The notes beneath the pieces were generated by a model, which saw only the letters and a program-made list of their open reading frames with translations, was not told the origin of the DNA and did no database searches. From positions 161,081-225,080 of IMG/VR virus record IMGVR_UViG_3300023174_000045: a DNA stretch of 64,000 nucleotides; one strand, given 5' to 3'. This document shows positions 6,163-14,312 of this stretch, one piece after another. The position numbers and the translations under genes are program-made. Numbering within the stretch: position 1 is the stretch's first letter; each line of letters starts with the position of its first letter.

Positions 6163-6201
6163 ATGAGTAGTGACAAGAGTGACAAACCTATGGGGGTATA
6201 A
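6163..6201 (+). CDS. 12-aa mini-ORF ending inside tRNA-Lys
   Basis: AAAGGAG RBS, MSSDKSDKPMGV*. Confidence 0.4.
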   Translation: MSSDKSDKPMGV

Positions 6202-6266
6202 CTTAACGGCTAAAGTAGTGGGCTTTTAACCCATTAATCAGAGTTCGATTCTCTGTGCCCCTACCA
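6192..6266 (+). tRNA. tRNA-Lys(TTT)
   Basis: Loop CTTTTAA. Confidence 0.92.
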
Positions 6267-6338
6267 TATAAAAACACATTAACAGCGTCGTACCGGTCGC
6301 CGGACTTAGGTTGAATTCCTAATAGTGTGTTTCTATAT

Positions 6339-6414
6339 GGTAATATAGCATAGTGGCTAATGCAGTTGCTTCATACGCAACCCACCGTTGGTTCGAGTCC
6401 AACTATTACCACCA
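6339..6414 (+). tRNA. tRNA(CAT), elongator Met or Ile2
   Basis: Loop TTCATAC, paired 1:72. Confidence 0.85.
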
Positions 6415-6420
6415 AGTTTT

Positions 6421-6495
6421 GGCCAGTTAGCTCAGGGGTAGAGCAACGTCTTGATAAGGCGTGGGTCGGTGGTTCGAGACCACCACTGGCTACCA
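6421..6495 (+). tRNA. tRNA-Ile(GAT)
   Basis: Loop TTGATAA. Confidence 0.93.
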
Positions 6496-6502
6496 ATTCA
6501 GT

Positions 6503-6578
6503 TGGGGTGTCGCCTAGAGGCCTAAGGCACTGGTCTTTGAAATCAGTATCATGAGTTCGAATCTCATCTCCCCTGCCA
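6503..6578 (+). tRNA. tRNA-Gln(TTG)
   Basis: Loop CTTTGAA. Confidence 0.9.
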
Positions 6579-6585
6579 AACAACG

Positions 6586-6614
6586 TAGACAAACTTTGAT
6601 GTTTGTTGTATAAT
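6586..6614 (+). promoter_or_regulatory. Internal sigma70 promoter of the tRNA array
   Basis: TAGACA-17-TATAAT. Confidence 0.65.
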
Positions 6615-6622
6615 TACACAAT

Positions 6623-6697
6623 GCGGGATTAACTCAGGGGTAGAGTGTCAGCCTTCCAAGCTGTTCGTCAGCGGTTCGAATCCGCTATCCCGCTCCA
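6623..6697 (+). tRNA. tRNA-Gly(TCC)
   Basis: Loop CTTCCAA, U73. Confidence 0.93.
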
Positions 6698-6717
6698 CTT
6701 TAACAGAAAGAAACAAC

Positions 6718-6924
6718 ATGACAATTGAGAGTGCCGCAACCTTTTTGGTATGTGTAATTTTATTGAGCTGTGGTATCATAGTGCTGGCCGGTCTAGTATT
6801 ATTGATCAACAACCTGTTGCATCGCTACTGGAAAGATCTAAACTGGACTCTACCTGAGAGCATGCAGTCCGTACGTTATGTTGAAGTTGACAAAACTCAA
6901 GAACCCCATTTAGACCGCAAGTAA
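6718..6924 (+). CDS. Small membrane protein
   Basis: One long hydrophobic segment. Confidence 0.7.
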   Translation: MTIESAATFLVCVILLSCGIIVLAGLVLLINNLLHRYWKDLNWTLPESMQSVRYVEVDKTQEPHLDRK

Positions 6925-6975
6925 TACCGACCCCTTGACGGTTTAGGTCCCTTGTACTTGCGGTCTAATTTTTTA

Positions 6976-7049
6976 CTCCGATTGGTGAAATGGTATCATT
7001 CATGGTTTGGGACCATGTGGCGCAAGTTCGATTCTTGCATCGGAGACCA
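6976..7049 (+). tRNA. tRNA-Pro(TGG)
   Basis: Loop TTTGGGA. Confidence 0.92.
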
Positions 7050-7055
7050 TGTAAT

Positions 7056-7133
7056 GCAACGGTGGCAGAGCGGCCCAATGCACGGGATTGCAAATCCCGA
7101 AAACCACTGGTTCAAATCCAGTCCGTTGCTCCA
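7056..7133 (+). tRNA. tRNA-Cys(GCA)
   Basis: Loop TTGCAAA, U73. Confidence 0.92.
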
Positions 7134-7147
7134 ACAAGAAAGTACCT

Positions 7148-7393
7148 ATGTGGGAATATGTTTTAACGTTTTTTGCTGTGTTGTTCACAGATATTTTTTA
7201 TACCTACTACCTAAAAGCAGTACAAGATGAACGTGTGATGGCTGCCAGTGTTTGGGCCACTGTTGTATTTTTGGTAGCCTGCGTAGCAGTGATCAACTAC
7301 ACAACAAATTACTGGTTGCTGATTCCTGCAGGGCTAGGTGCGTTTTGTGGCACTTGGATAGGCATGAGATTACGGGCTCAACAAAAGCAGTAG
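7148..7393 (+). CDS. Small 3-TM membrane protein
   Basis: MWEYVLTFF...GLGAFCGTWIG; start placed after tRNA-Cys. Confidence 0.75.
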   Translation: MWEYVLTFFAVLFTDIFYTYYLKAVQDERVMAASVWATVVFLVACVAVINYTTNYWLLIPAGLGAFCGTWIGMRLRAQQKQ

Positions 7394-7413
7394 TGATCGT
7401 CTATAAATATAGC

Positions 7414-7809
7414 ATGTCCATTTACAATCAGTATTTTTGCCAACATTGTCGTTCTGCGTATTCTAGATCACAAGAAAAATTAACTCCAGGATATTGCAGT
7501 TTGAATTGTTCTGTGGTTGAGTCAAAAAGACAGTCGCAAAAAACTTTCAAAGAACTAACTTTGGAAGACAGAATCAAAAATCGACCTGGTGGCACATATC
7601 TTGAGTACAACAGTGGTATTCCTCCTGAACTGGCTGTAGAAACAACCCCAGTCAAAAGAAGAGAGTACAAATGTGTTTGTTGCGGCATTGCTGATTACAA
7701 TGGCCGTCCGTTGAAACTACAACTGTTTCACCATGACGGTAATCAAAAGAATTTTGACCCAGACAATGTTAAATTTTTGTGTCCAAATTGTTTGAGCCAA
7801 CATCAATAA
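7414..7809 (+). CDS. HNH-endonuclease-like zinc-binding protein, possibly degenerate
   Basis: CxxC pairs, LQLFHHDGN..N....N...LCPNC; the usual final His is Leu; TATAAATA upstream. Confidence 0.7.
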   Translation: MSIYNQYFCQHCRSAYSRSQEKLTPGYCSLNCSVVESKRQSQKTFKELTLEDRIKNRPGGTYLEYNSGIPPELAVETTPVKRREYKCVCCGIADYNGRPLKLQLFHHDGNQKNFDPDNVKFLCPNCLSQHQ

Positions 7810-7815
7810 ATCAAA

Positions 7816-7905
7816 GGAAGTGTGGCAGAGTCCGGCTGATTGCACCTGTCTTGAAAACAGACGGCTCGAAAGGGTCCGTGAGTTCGAATCTCACCGCTTC
7901 CACCA
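7816..7905 (+). tRNA. tRNA-Ser(TGA)
   Basis: Loop CTTGAAA, long variable arm. Confidence 0.92.
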
Positions 7906-7911
7906 AAAATC

Positions 7912-7986
7912 GCCTTGTTAACTCAGCGGTAGAGTAGCGCCTTTACACGGCGAATGTCGGCGGTTCGATCCCGTCACAAGGTACCA
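7912..7986 (+). tRNA. tRNA-Val(TAC)
   Basis: Loop TTTACAC. Confidence 0.92.
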
Positions 7987-7992
7987 ACCAAT

Positions 7993-8068
7993 GGCTCGAT
8001 AGCTCAGTTGGTAGAGCAGTAGACTGAAAATCTATGTGTGGGCGGTTCGATCCCGTCTCGAGCCACCA
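7993..8068 (+). tRNA. tRNA-Phe(GAA)
   Basis: Loop CTGAAAA. Confidence 0.93.
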
Positions 8069-8265
8069 AATGTATTATCCAACACAAACTCATGTTGTTG
8101 TGGTTCAAATATGGGATCGTCTGCATATTGAGGCACAGTGTGTTGGTAAAGAGGATTCACTGTGAATTCTTTGGTTGTGGTCCATGATCGGTTGGGCCTG
8201 TAGGGTTCATGGCTAAATGCGGCATACAGCACCTGCACAGTGTCTCGTAGTTCATATGGAATCAT
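8032..8265 (-). CDS. Antisense hypothetical protein within the tRNA array
   Basis: Fills the Phe-Leu spacer; TAAATA motif 4 nt before ATG as in other genes here. Confidence 0.5.
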   Translation of the reverse strand: MIPYELRDTVQVLYAAFSHEPYRPNRSWTTTKEFTVNPLYQHTVPQYADDPIFEPQQHEFVLDNTFGGSRRDRTAHT

Positions 8266-8277
8266 ATTGTATTTAAT

Positions 8278-8354
8278 GCCCCGGTGATGGAATTGGTATA
8301 CATGCCGGTCTTAGAAGCCGTATTTTAGGAGTTCGAGTCTCCTCTGGGGCACCA
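8278..8354 (+). tRNA. tRNA-Leu(TAG), short variable loop
   Basis: Loop CTTAGAA. Confidence 0.88.
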
Positions 8355-8359
8355 ATTCA

Positions 8360-8434
8360 GGATGTTTAGCACAGCGGTAGTGCATCACCTCGACACGGTG
8401 AGGGTCAGTGGTTCAATTCCACTAACATCCACCA
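8360..8434 (+). tRNA. tRNA-Val(GAC)
   Basis: Loop TCGACAC (C33). Confidence 0.88.
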
Positions 8435-8441
8435 CAAATCT

Positions 8442-8520
8442 GCCCCCATGGACAAATCGGTAAAGTCGTCTCTCTCAAAAGGAGAAGTTGTTCTCTGTTC
8501 GAATCAGAGTGGGGGTACCA
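8442..8520 (+). tRNA. tRNA-Leu(CAA), short variable loop
   Basis: Loop CTCAAAA. Confidence 0.88.
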
Positions 8521-8528
8521 TTCCTAAT

Positions 8529-8605
8529 GCCCTGGTGGCGCAATTGGTAGACGCACCACTTTGAGGGGGTGTACAGTGTGAGTTCGAGTCTCACCCAGGG
8601 CACCA
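8529..8605 (+). tRNA. tRNA-Leu(GAG), short variable loop
   Basis: Loop TTGAGGG. Confidence 0.88.
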
Positions 8606-8606
8606 A

Positions 8607-8635
8607 TTGACAACAAATTCAAAATCAATTACAAT
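8607..8635 (+). promoter_or_regulatory. Internal sigma70 promoter
   Basis: TTGACA-17-TACAAT. Confidence 0.7.
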
Positions 8636-8643
8636 ACACACAC

Positions 8644-8717
8644 GGGCTGTTAGTTAAATGGGATAACTCTGCCATGGCATGGCAGCATCGGGAGTTCGAC
8701 TCTCCCACGGTCCACCA
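8644..8717 (+). tRNA. tRNA-Ala(GGC)
   Basis: Loop ATGGCAT, G3.U70. Confidence 0.92.
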
Positions 8718-8738
8718 CTATCAAGAAAGGAGTCAGTG

Positions 8739-9173
8739 ATGAGTGAATTTAACGTATTGGTTGGCAAGCGCATCAATGGCTTGTTCATAGGCGAAGATGC
8801 TTGGGCCTTGGTGTTTCGCGACATCAATGAACGTTACTATTGTTTTCGCACAGAGAACGATTGTTGCAACGCTGTGTGGTTCAATCACGTAAACGGTGTA
8901 GAAACTGTGCTGGGCGAAGGCAACTTGTTCGATGTCCTGCGTGGTGCCATGGTAACTGCTGTGGAAGACAAAGGCTGGACTGATGATCGCGACGACGAAG
9001 ATGGCTACGAAGTTGTGCAAGATGGTTTCTGGACCATAAAAACAGACCGTGGCTACATAGACTTAGAAGTACGCAACAGTCACAACGGCTACTATGGTGG
9101 CCGTGTGCGGTATGATGAAGAGTCCAAGCCTGGTGACATCAAAGATTTACAAGCAGTGACTGAAGATTTTTAA
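8739..9173 (+). CDS. Conserved phage protein (DCC...SxNGYYG type, DUF7448-like)
   Basis: AAGGAG RBS; DCC and RNSHNGYYGG motifs. Confidence 0.7.
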   Translation: MSEFNVLVGKRINGLFIGEDAWALVFRDINERYYCFRTENDCCNAVWFNHVNGVETVLGEGNLFDVLRGAMVTAVEDKGWTDDRDDEDGYEVVQDGFWTIKTDRGYIDLEVRNSHNGYYGGRVRYDEESKPGDIKDLQAVTEDF

Positions 9174-9250
9174 CGGAATATGGCGCAGCCTGGCAGCGCA
9201 CTTGCATGGGGTGCAAGGGGTCGCAAGTTCGAATCTTGCTATTCCGACCA
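9174..9250 (+). tRNA. tRNA-Pro(GGG)
   Basis: Loop ATGGGGT. Confidence 0.92.
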
Positions 9251-9275
9251 ACTATAAATAACCTTGAAAGTGTAT

Positions 9276-9746
9276 ATGAAAAAACTTGATATAGAACAAG
9301 TGGCCGAATTTATCCGGACTCAAAGTCCAGAAACACGCATCTATCTTGGATGCGACAGTGAACGCATCAAAATTGATGGTGCATGGTGGGCTGACTATGT
9401 GTTGGCCATTGTGGTTCACATCAACGGCAACAACGGTTGCAAACTGTTTGGTGAAGTACATCGTGAACGTGTGTGGGATCAAAAAGCATCCAAGCCGGCC
9501 ATGCGGCTCATGACTGAAGTTTACAAAGTTTCAGAACTGTACTTGAAACTGGCAGAAGTGTTGGAAGGGCGCGATGTTGAAGTTCACTTGGACATCAACC
9601 CTGACGAAATGCACGGATCAAGTTGTGTTGTCAGCCAAGCCATCGGTTACATCAAAGGCACATGTAATGTGATTCCTTTTGTGAAGCCTGAGGCTTTTGC
9701 AGCCAGCTATGCTGCCGACAGATTCAAAGGCTTGCGGGCGGCGTAG
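9276..9746 (+). CDS. RNase H-like YkuK family protein
   Basis: IYLGCDS, RLMTEV, EVHLDIN, ASYAAD motifs; start may be TTG 9264. Confidence 0.8.
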   Translation: MKKLDIEQVAEFIRTQSPETRIYLGCDSERIKIDGAWWADYVLAIVVHINGNNGCKLFGEVHRERVWDQKASKPAMRLMTEVYKVSELYLKLAEVLEGRDVEVHLDINPDEMHGSSCVVSQAIGYIKGTCNVIPFVKPEAFAASYAADRFKGLRAA

Positions 9747-9752
9747 AATATT

Positions 9753-9828
9753 GCGGACGTAGCTCAGTTGGTAGAGCATTACCTTGCCAAGGTAAATGTC
9801 GTCGGTTCGAACCCGATCGTCCGCTCCA
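9753..9828 (+). tRNA. tRNA-Gly(GCC)
   Basis: Loop TTGCCAA. Confidence 0.94.
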
Positions 9829-9842
9829 ACTAAAAAGTTTGT

Positions 9843-10496
9843 ATGATCAATCTACCAAAAGAATTTATCTCTGGGCACAGGTATCTTTTTGTGCATGGGC
9901 AAAGAAGCAGTGATGCTGAATTTGAGGTATGTATTAATGGCAAAACAATCGACAACCCATTTGCAAGCGTTGAACAATTTGATTTAGATCACCCTGATCT
10001 TGGTCCAACGCAGTACGCATTCAGCACTGAAACTTCTTTTTTGGGAGCCAGGACCATCTGCATCAAAATGCTTAAAGGGTCATTGACTTTGACAAGAGCT
10101 AGGGTAAGTTATCCTGCCAAGATAACCAACAGCGAAGGTATTGACTCATTTGGTTACTATTCATTGTTTCAGCCCATTGGTGATCCAAAGTGGCTTGTTA
10201 AGATAAATGGTCAGTTACAAACGCTGGAACCACAAGATCAACATTTAACTGGCGAAGTCCACCACAGCATAACTGCTGGAGATGTCCTAGAATACTATCA
10301 TGTCATGATTGAAGGTCCGAGCCACTGGTGTATTGCCTATTCACAATCTATACACAATGGAATAATTGATCAACAAGATCCCAACATTGAATCTATATTG
10401 CCTATTGATAATCAATCTGGAGTTGATTATCAATCCAGTAACAATCGATTGAACATTTTAAAAAATCAGCTTTTGGCTGATTACAAAAATAGCTGA
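9843..10496 (+). CDS. Hypothetical protein
   Basis: 217-aa ORF filling the Gly-Thr spacer; stop codon inside the tRNA-Thr 5' end. Confidence 0.7.
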   Translation: MINLPKEFISGHRYLFVHGQRSSDAEFEVCINGKTIDNPFASVEQFDLDHPDLGPTQYAFSTETSFLGARTICIKMLKGSLTLTRARVSYPAKITNSEGIDSFGYYSLFQPIGDPKWLVKINGQLQTLEPQDQHLTGEVHHSITAGDVLEYYHVMIEGPSHWCIAYSQSIHNGIIDQQDPNIESILPIDNQSGVDYQSSNNRLNILKNQLLADYKNS

Positions 10497-10566
10497 TGTG
10501 GCACAGTGGTAGCGCACTCCCTTGGTAAGGGAGAGGTCGCGGGTTCAATCCCCGCCATCAGCACCA
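10492..10566 (+). tRNA. tRNA-Thr(GGT)
   Basis: Loop TTGGTAA. Confidence 0.93.
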
Positions 10567-10571
10567 GACAA

Positions 10572-10646
10572 CGGCCTTTGGTGAAATGGATATCATGCTT
10601 GTCTTCGAAACAAGCGGTGGCGGTTCGATCCCGTCAGGGCTGGCCA
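10572..10646 (+). tRNA. tRNA-Arg(TCG)
   Basis: Loop CTTCGAA, CCA; overlaps the convergent CDS end. Confidence 0.85.
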
Positions 10647-11875
10647 TTTAATGCTACAGGCTTACTGGAAAAAGTCTTGTAGTTTAGCACTGTGTAGTTG
10701 TCATACAGTGTCTTATCAACCCAAGGAGTTAGTCCACCGTTGGTAATGTCTCCTATAGACAGAGATGTTTCACCAATGCGATGCGCAACTTCATTCAGCA
10801 CCTCGCCTAACACAGTGCGAATATGAGGGTGCTGTTGTTCCAACACACGCAATACTGGCAGTTCAAACTGCATAAAAAATCCATAGTCCACTTGTTTGTC
10901 TGCTTGCCAGGCTCGCGAATCGAACCCTGGATACAAATGGCACCGCATGGTGTCTTGCACATATCTGCTGAACTTTAATTCAGCCCGATCATTTTCGCTG
11001 GTGGCTTGATTGTGTGCTCTTGCTATCACAGGATCTTGTTTACACAAATTAATCAATTCATACCATCCACGTATGGCCAGTTCAGGCAGGTCTGGTGTCC
11101 AATAAAACGGTTCCCAAATTACATTGTCTGGAAAGCCGTTGCTCCGAGTGCAGTAAGTGTAGTTACGTATCAGTCCTTCGGGGAAGAAGCCTTGATAGGT
11201 GTTGCCTGTTTGCATCACACAAGGTTTGTCCAAGCCCAACATCAGTGCGGCACGACGATTGCCTATGCGCCGTTGCAGTTGCGCATCGGTGGCCACACTG
11301 AGCCAACGTCCAAAGAACACACCTGGTTTGGGACGACTATCCTTGAACACTTGTTCTGCGTCTTTATACGACTCAGCTACACGATCCAACCACTCTATTT
11401 TGATTACACCTGTGCCTGGATGCTCATGTGCATAGCGTTCAGCATAGGGAACGGCATGATACTTGATTTCTCCGTACCAGTTATCTGGATTCAAATTGTT
11501 GAATGGTGTTGAATTTTCCAACTCCTGTGTGACGAACACAATGATGTCATCTATGCGCAGGCCTTGTGCTGAGAAACTTTCAATGATATTGCGACTATCC
11601 CAGCCGCCACTGAACATCACAGCCACATAGTCGTACTGTTCACGTATTTGTCTTGCTCTAGCATAGTAAAGTTCTTTCAAACTTTGATTGCGCCAGTGTC
11701 CTGCTGAATGTGCTTGAGCCCATACATCATCATAGTAATGCCAAGACACTGGTTGACCAGTGCGATGCCCTGCTTCCAGCGCATCTCGGTTTGAGTAAAA
11801 CCAACTGTCGCCCACAGTGTAATGGCCCAGTGGACTGTACAACACTTCACCCACTGAATCTGGAACGTATATCAT
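10634..11875 (-). CDS. PP-loop (adenine nucleotide alpha-hydrolase superfamily) protein
   Basis: VAVMFSGGWDS; ATG 11875 overlaps the upstream stop. Confidence 0.7.
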   Translation of the reverse strand: MIYVPDSVGEVLYSPLGHYTVGDSWFYSNRDALEAGHRTGQPVSWHYYDDVWAQAHSAGHWRNQSLKELYYARARQIREQYDYVAVMFSGGWDSRNIIESFSAQGLRIDDIIVFVTQELENSTPFNNLNPDNWYGEIKYHAVPYAERYAHEHPGTGVIKIEWLDRVAESYKDAEQVFKDSRPKPGVFFGRWLSVATDAQLQRRIGNRRAALMLGLDKPCVMQTGNTYQGFFPEGLIRNYTYCTRSNGFPDNVIWEPFYWTPDLPELAIRGWYELINLCKQDPVIARAHNQATSENDRAELKFSRYVQDTMRCHLYPGFDSRAWQADKQVDYGFFMQFELPVLRVLEQQHPHIRTVLGEVLNEVAHRIGETSLSIGDITNGGLTPWVDKTLYDNYTVLNYKTFSSKPVALNGQP

Positions 11876-12777
11876 GCTAGTAAGAACTCCCGAACACGAT
11901 CCAGTGCTGACTGATAACCATGTTCCCACAGTGCAAAGTGTGTGGCACCGGGTATGGTATACGTTTGCAACTCAGCCATAGCAAAATATTCACATGCGCG
12001 ATCAAACCAATCTTGCGGAACATCCACATCATGTTCGCCACGAGTAAACAAAATTGGCACCCCGGCCAATGCGTCCACATCAAAGCCATGATTGTCATGC
12101 AACAAGGGCCAGTTGATCCTGTCCAACCACCATGTTCTAGGTGCAGTCCACGAATCCAAGTTGTAAGAAGTATAGTCTTGTGTGAGTCTTTGCATTTCCT
12201 TGTACCAAGAATCCACACGCTGTGGCTTGCCTATTTCACGATCACTGATTTTATTGAGTTGTTGCTCTACCAGCATATCCAAACTGGTACTCCAGTAGCC
12301 CGATTCAGTAGCAGTACGTTGCCACAGTCGTATCATAGCAGGGTGTTGTTGGCACCAGGTGGTATCAAACACCGTAGGGCTCATTACCACAGCACGATTG
12401 ACCACGCCTTGTGCAGCCAGCACCAGTGGGACCATGGTGGTGTTGCAGAAGCCTAGTGCGGCAATGTTATTGTACCCAGGCAAGGTTTCAGTCACAGCCG
12501 CAATCTGTTCAGCAAAGTAAATTCTATTGTAGTCAGGGCGCGACACACCTGTGCTGTTGCCAAATCCCAAAGCATCTACCATGTACACATCCACACCTTG
12601 TTCAGCCAATTGTTCAGCATGTGTTGTACCTGTGCCTGGATCAAAATGCCAAAAGTTTCTGCCACTCATTGAACGGCCAGGTAAGATTATCACAGCACGT
12701 TGATTGTTGGGTGCAGTGACTCGGTGAACATAAATGTTCCCTGATTCAAACGGTACGTAATAGTGTGGAATAACCAT
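11872..12777 (-). CDS. Alpha/beta-hydrolase fold protein
   Basis: DALGFGNS, RGEHD, IPGATHF; nucleophile elbow reads GFCNT. Confidence 0.8.
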   Translation of the reverse strand: MVIPHYYVPFESGNIYVHRVTAPNNQRAVIILPGRSMSGRNFWHFDPGTGTTHAEQLAEQGVDVYMVDALGFGNSTGVSRPDYNRIYFAEQIAAVTETLPGYNNIAALGFCNTTMVPLVLAAQGVVNRAVVMSPTVFDTTWCQQHPAMIRLWQRTATESGYWSTSLDMLVEQQLNKISDREIGKPQRVDSWYKEMQRLTQDYTSYNLDSWTAPRTWWLDRINWPLLHDNHGFDVDALAGVPILFTRGEHDVDVPQDWFDRACEYFAMAELQTYTIPGATHFALWEHGYQSALDRVREFLLA

Positions 12778-13615
12778 CCAGTGTCCAGGCTTTTTGTATG
12801 AGTTTTTTCAGTGTGTACTGTTCAGGTGACACTGAAAACTTTTGAGATTCAAATTCAGTAACAGGCACAATGTCTCCAGCTGTGCTGGTAACAAACATGT
12901 CAGTGGCAGCTTCTAGCATGCCCGCATCAATGTCTGAATATTTATAGTTGATACCATGAGCATCACACAACTGTTGCACAAGATGCATGGTAATTCCGCC
13001 CAGTACGTTTTGTCGTGGTATGTGTATGACTGAATCAATGACCACAGCCACATTAAATCCAGGTCCTTCAGTCAAATGCCCATTGTGATCCAACAGCACT
13101 GCACTGTCATATCCACGGTCTTGGGCCTGCCATTGGCTTTGTGTTAGATCTTGCCAGGCCCAGTTTTTGTAACTCTGATTGATAGATGTTGAAGGAACTC
13201 GTTGAGTTGTGCTCAAGCACAGTCTAGCAGAGTTGGCCACATTGAATCCGTAATAGGGTTTGACATAGGCCATGACTTGTGTGTTGCAACGGGTTAAGTC
13301 TCTAGGGTTACCTGAATCAGGAATACCTCTTGTGACCACAAACCAAACAAACGCTGATTCTAATTTGCTACGGTTGTATAACTCTGCCACCACGGTTTTT
13401 AATTCTTCACTGGTGTACAGCAAAGGCAATCGCCAACCACGACAACTGTTCTCTAATCTGTTGATATGTTGATTGAGTTGTAATGCTCGGCCATGTTTGA
13501 CTGCCAACACGTCATAGGTGGCATCTGAGTGTACCACACCCAGATCCATGATGCTCAAGGAGAGATCGGCAAGATTGCAATAGGTTCCATTGCGCCAGGC
13601 AGGAAAGTTGTTCAT
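12746..13615 (-). CDS. PLP fold-type IV aminotransferase
   Basis: DLGVVHSDATYDV, HINRL, KNWAW (PLP Lys), TEGPGFN, LGGIT, FVTSTAG. Confidence 0.9.
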   Translation of the reverse strand: MNNFPAWRNGTYCNLADLSLSIMDLGVVHSDATYDVLAVKHGRALQLNQHINRLENSCRGWRLPLLYTSEELKTVVAELYNRSKLESAFVWFVVTRGIPDSGNPRDLTRCNTQVMAYVKPYYGFNVANSARLCLSTTQRVPSTSINQSYKNWAWQDLTQSQWQAQDRGYDSAVLLDHNGHLTEGPGFNVAVVIDSVIHIPRQNVLGGITMHLVQQLCDAHGINYKYSDIDAGMLEAATDMFVTSTAGDIVPVTEFESQKFSVSPEQYTLKKLIQKAWTLDGYSTLLRTV

Positions 13616-13778
13616 GATATATTATATAATAAATTTTGGTAAAACGCAATAGAAAATGCCAAACATCAACATTAAAAAATACAATGGCAAAAACCGTAGA
13701 TCTCCACTATAGACATGCTATATACTAGTGTTAATACTAATAGACTTAGTATTTCATTCATTAACACAAGGAGATAAA

Positions 13779-14312
13779 ATGAAAACAGTTGGCGATAAAA
13801 TTGAAAAGTTTGCAGTGACCGGAATCAACCCTGGTAAAGATGATTTCTTTACTATCACAGATGAGAGTTTTGCCGGCAAGTGGAAAGTGATTGCTTTCTA
13901 TCCCAAAGACTTTACATTTGTTTGCCCCACAGAGATTGTGGCCTATGACAAGTTGAACTCGGACTTTGCTGACCGTGATGCTGTATTGCTTACAGGTAGC
14001 ACAGACAATGAGTTCTGCAAACTAGCATGGCAACGTAGTCATGAAGACTTGAGCAAGATCACCCACATTCAGTTTGCTGACACACAGCGTGGTGAACTCA
14101 GTTTGGTTGAACAACTGGGTGTGTTCTTTGCACCAGCAGGTGCGGCACTTCGTGCTACATTCATTGTGGACCCAGACAATGTGATCCAACACGTGACTGT
14201 GAACAACTTGAATGTTGGTCGTAGCCCAGAAGAATCTTTGCGTATTTTGGACGCATTGCAAACTGGCGAACTGTGTGCTTGTAACCGTACTGTGGGCGGG
14301 GAGACACTGTAA
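13779..14312 (+). CDS. ahpC: Peroxiredoxin AhpC
   Basis: FYPKDFTFVCPTEI, VGRS, GELC; AAGGAG RBS. Confidence 0.95.
   Translation: MKTVGDKIEKFAVTGINPGKDDFFTITDESFAGKWKVIAFYPKDFTFVCPTEIVAYDKLNSDFADRDAVLLTGSTDNEFCKLAWQRSHEDLSKITHIQFADTQRGELSLVEQLGVFFAPAGAALRATFIVDPDNVIQHVTVNNLNVGRSPEESLRILDALQTGELCACNRTVGGETL

Noticed and set aside
2922-7230. ORF-track entries overlapping tRNAs (e.g. 2922-3458, 3151-3351, 3683-4036, 5347-5583, 6360-6554, 6952-7230)
   Set aside because: They are translations of tRNA or ncRNA sequence (GFEP, GSNP motifs), not genes
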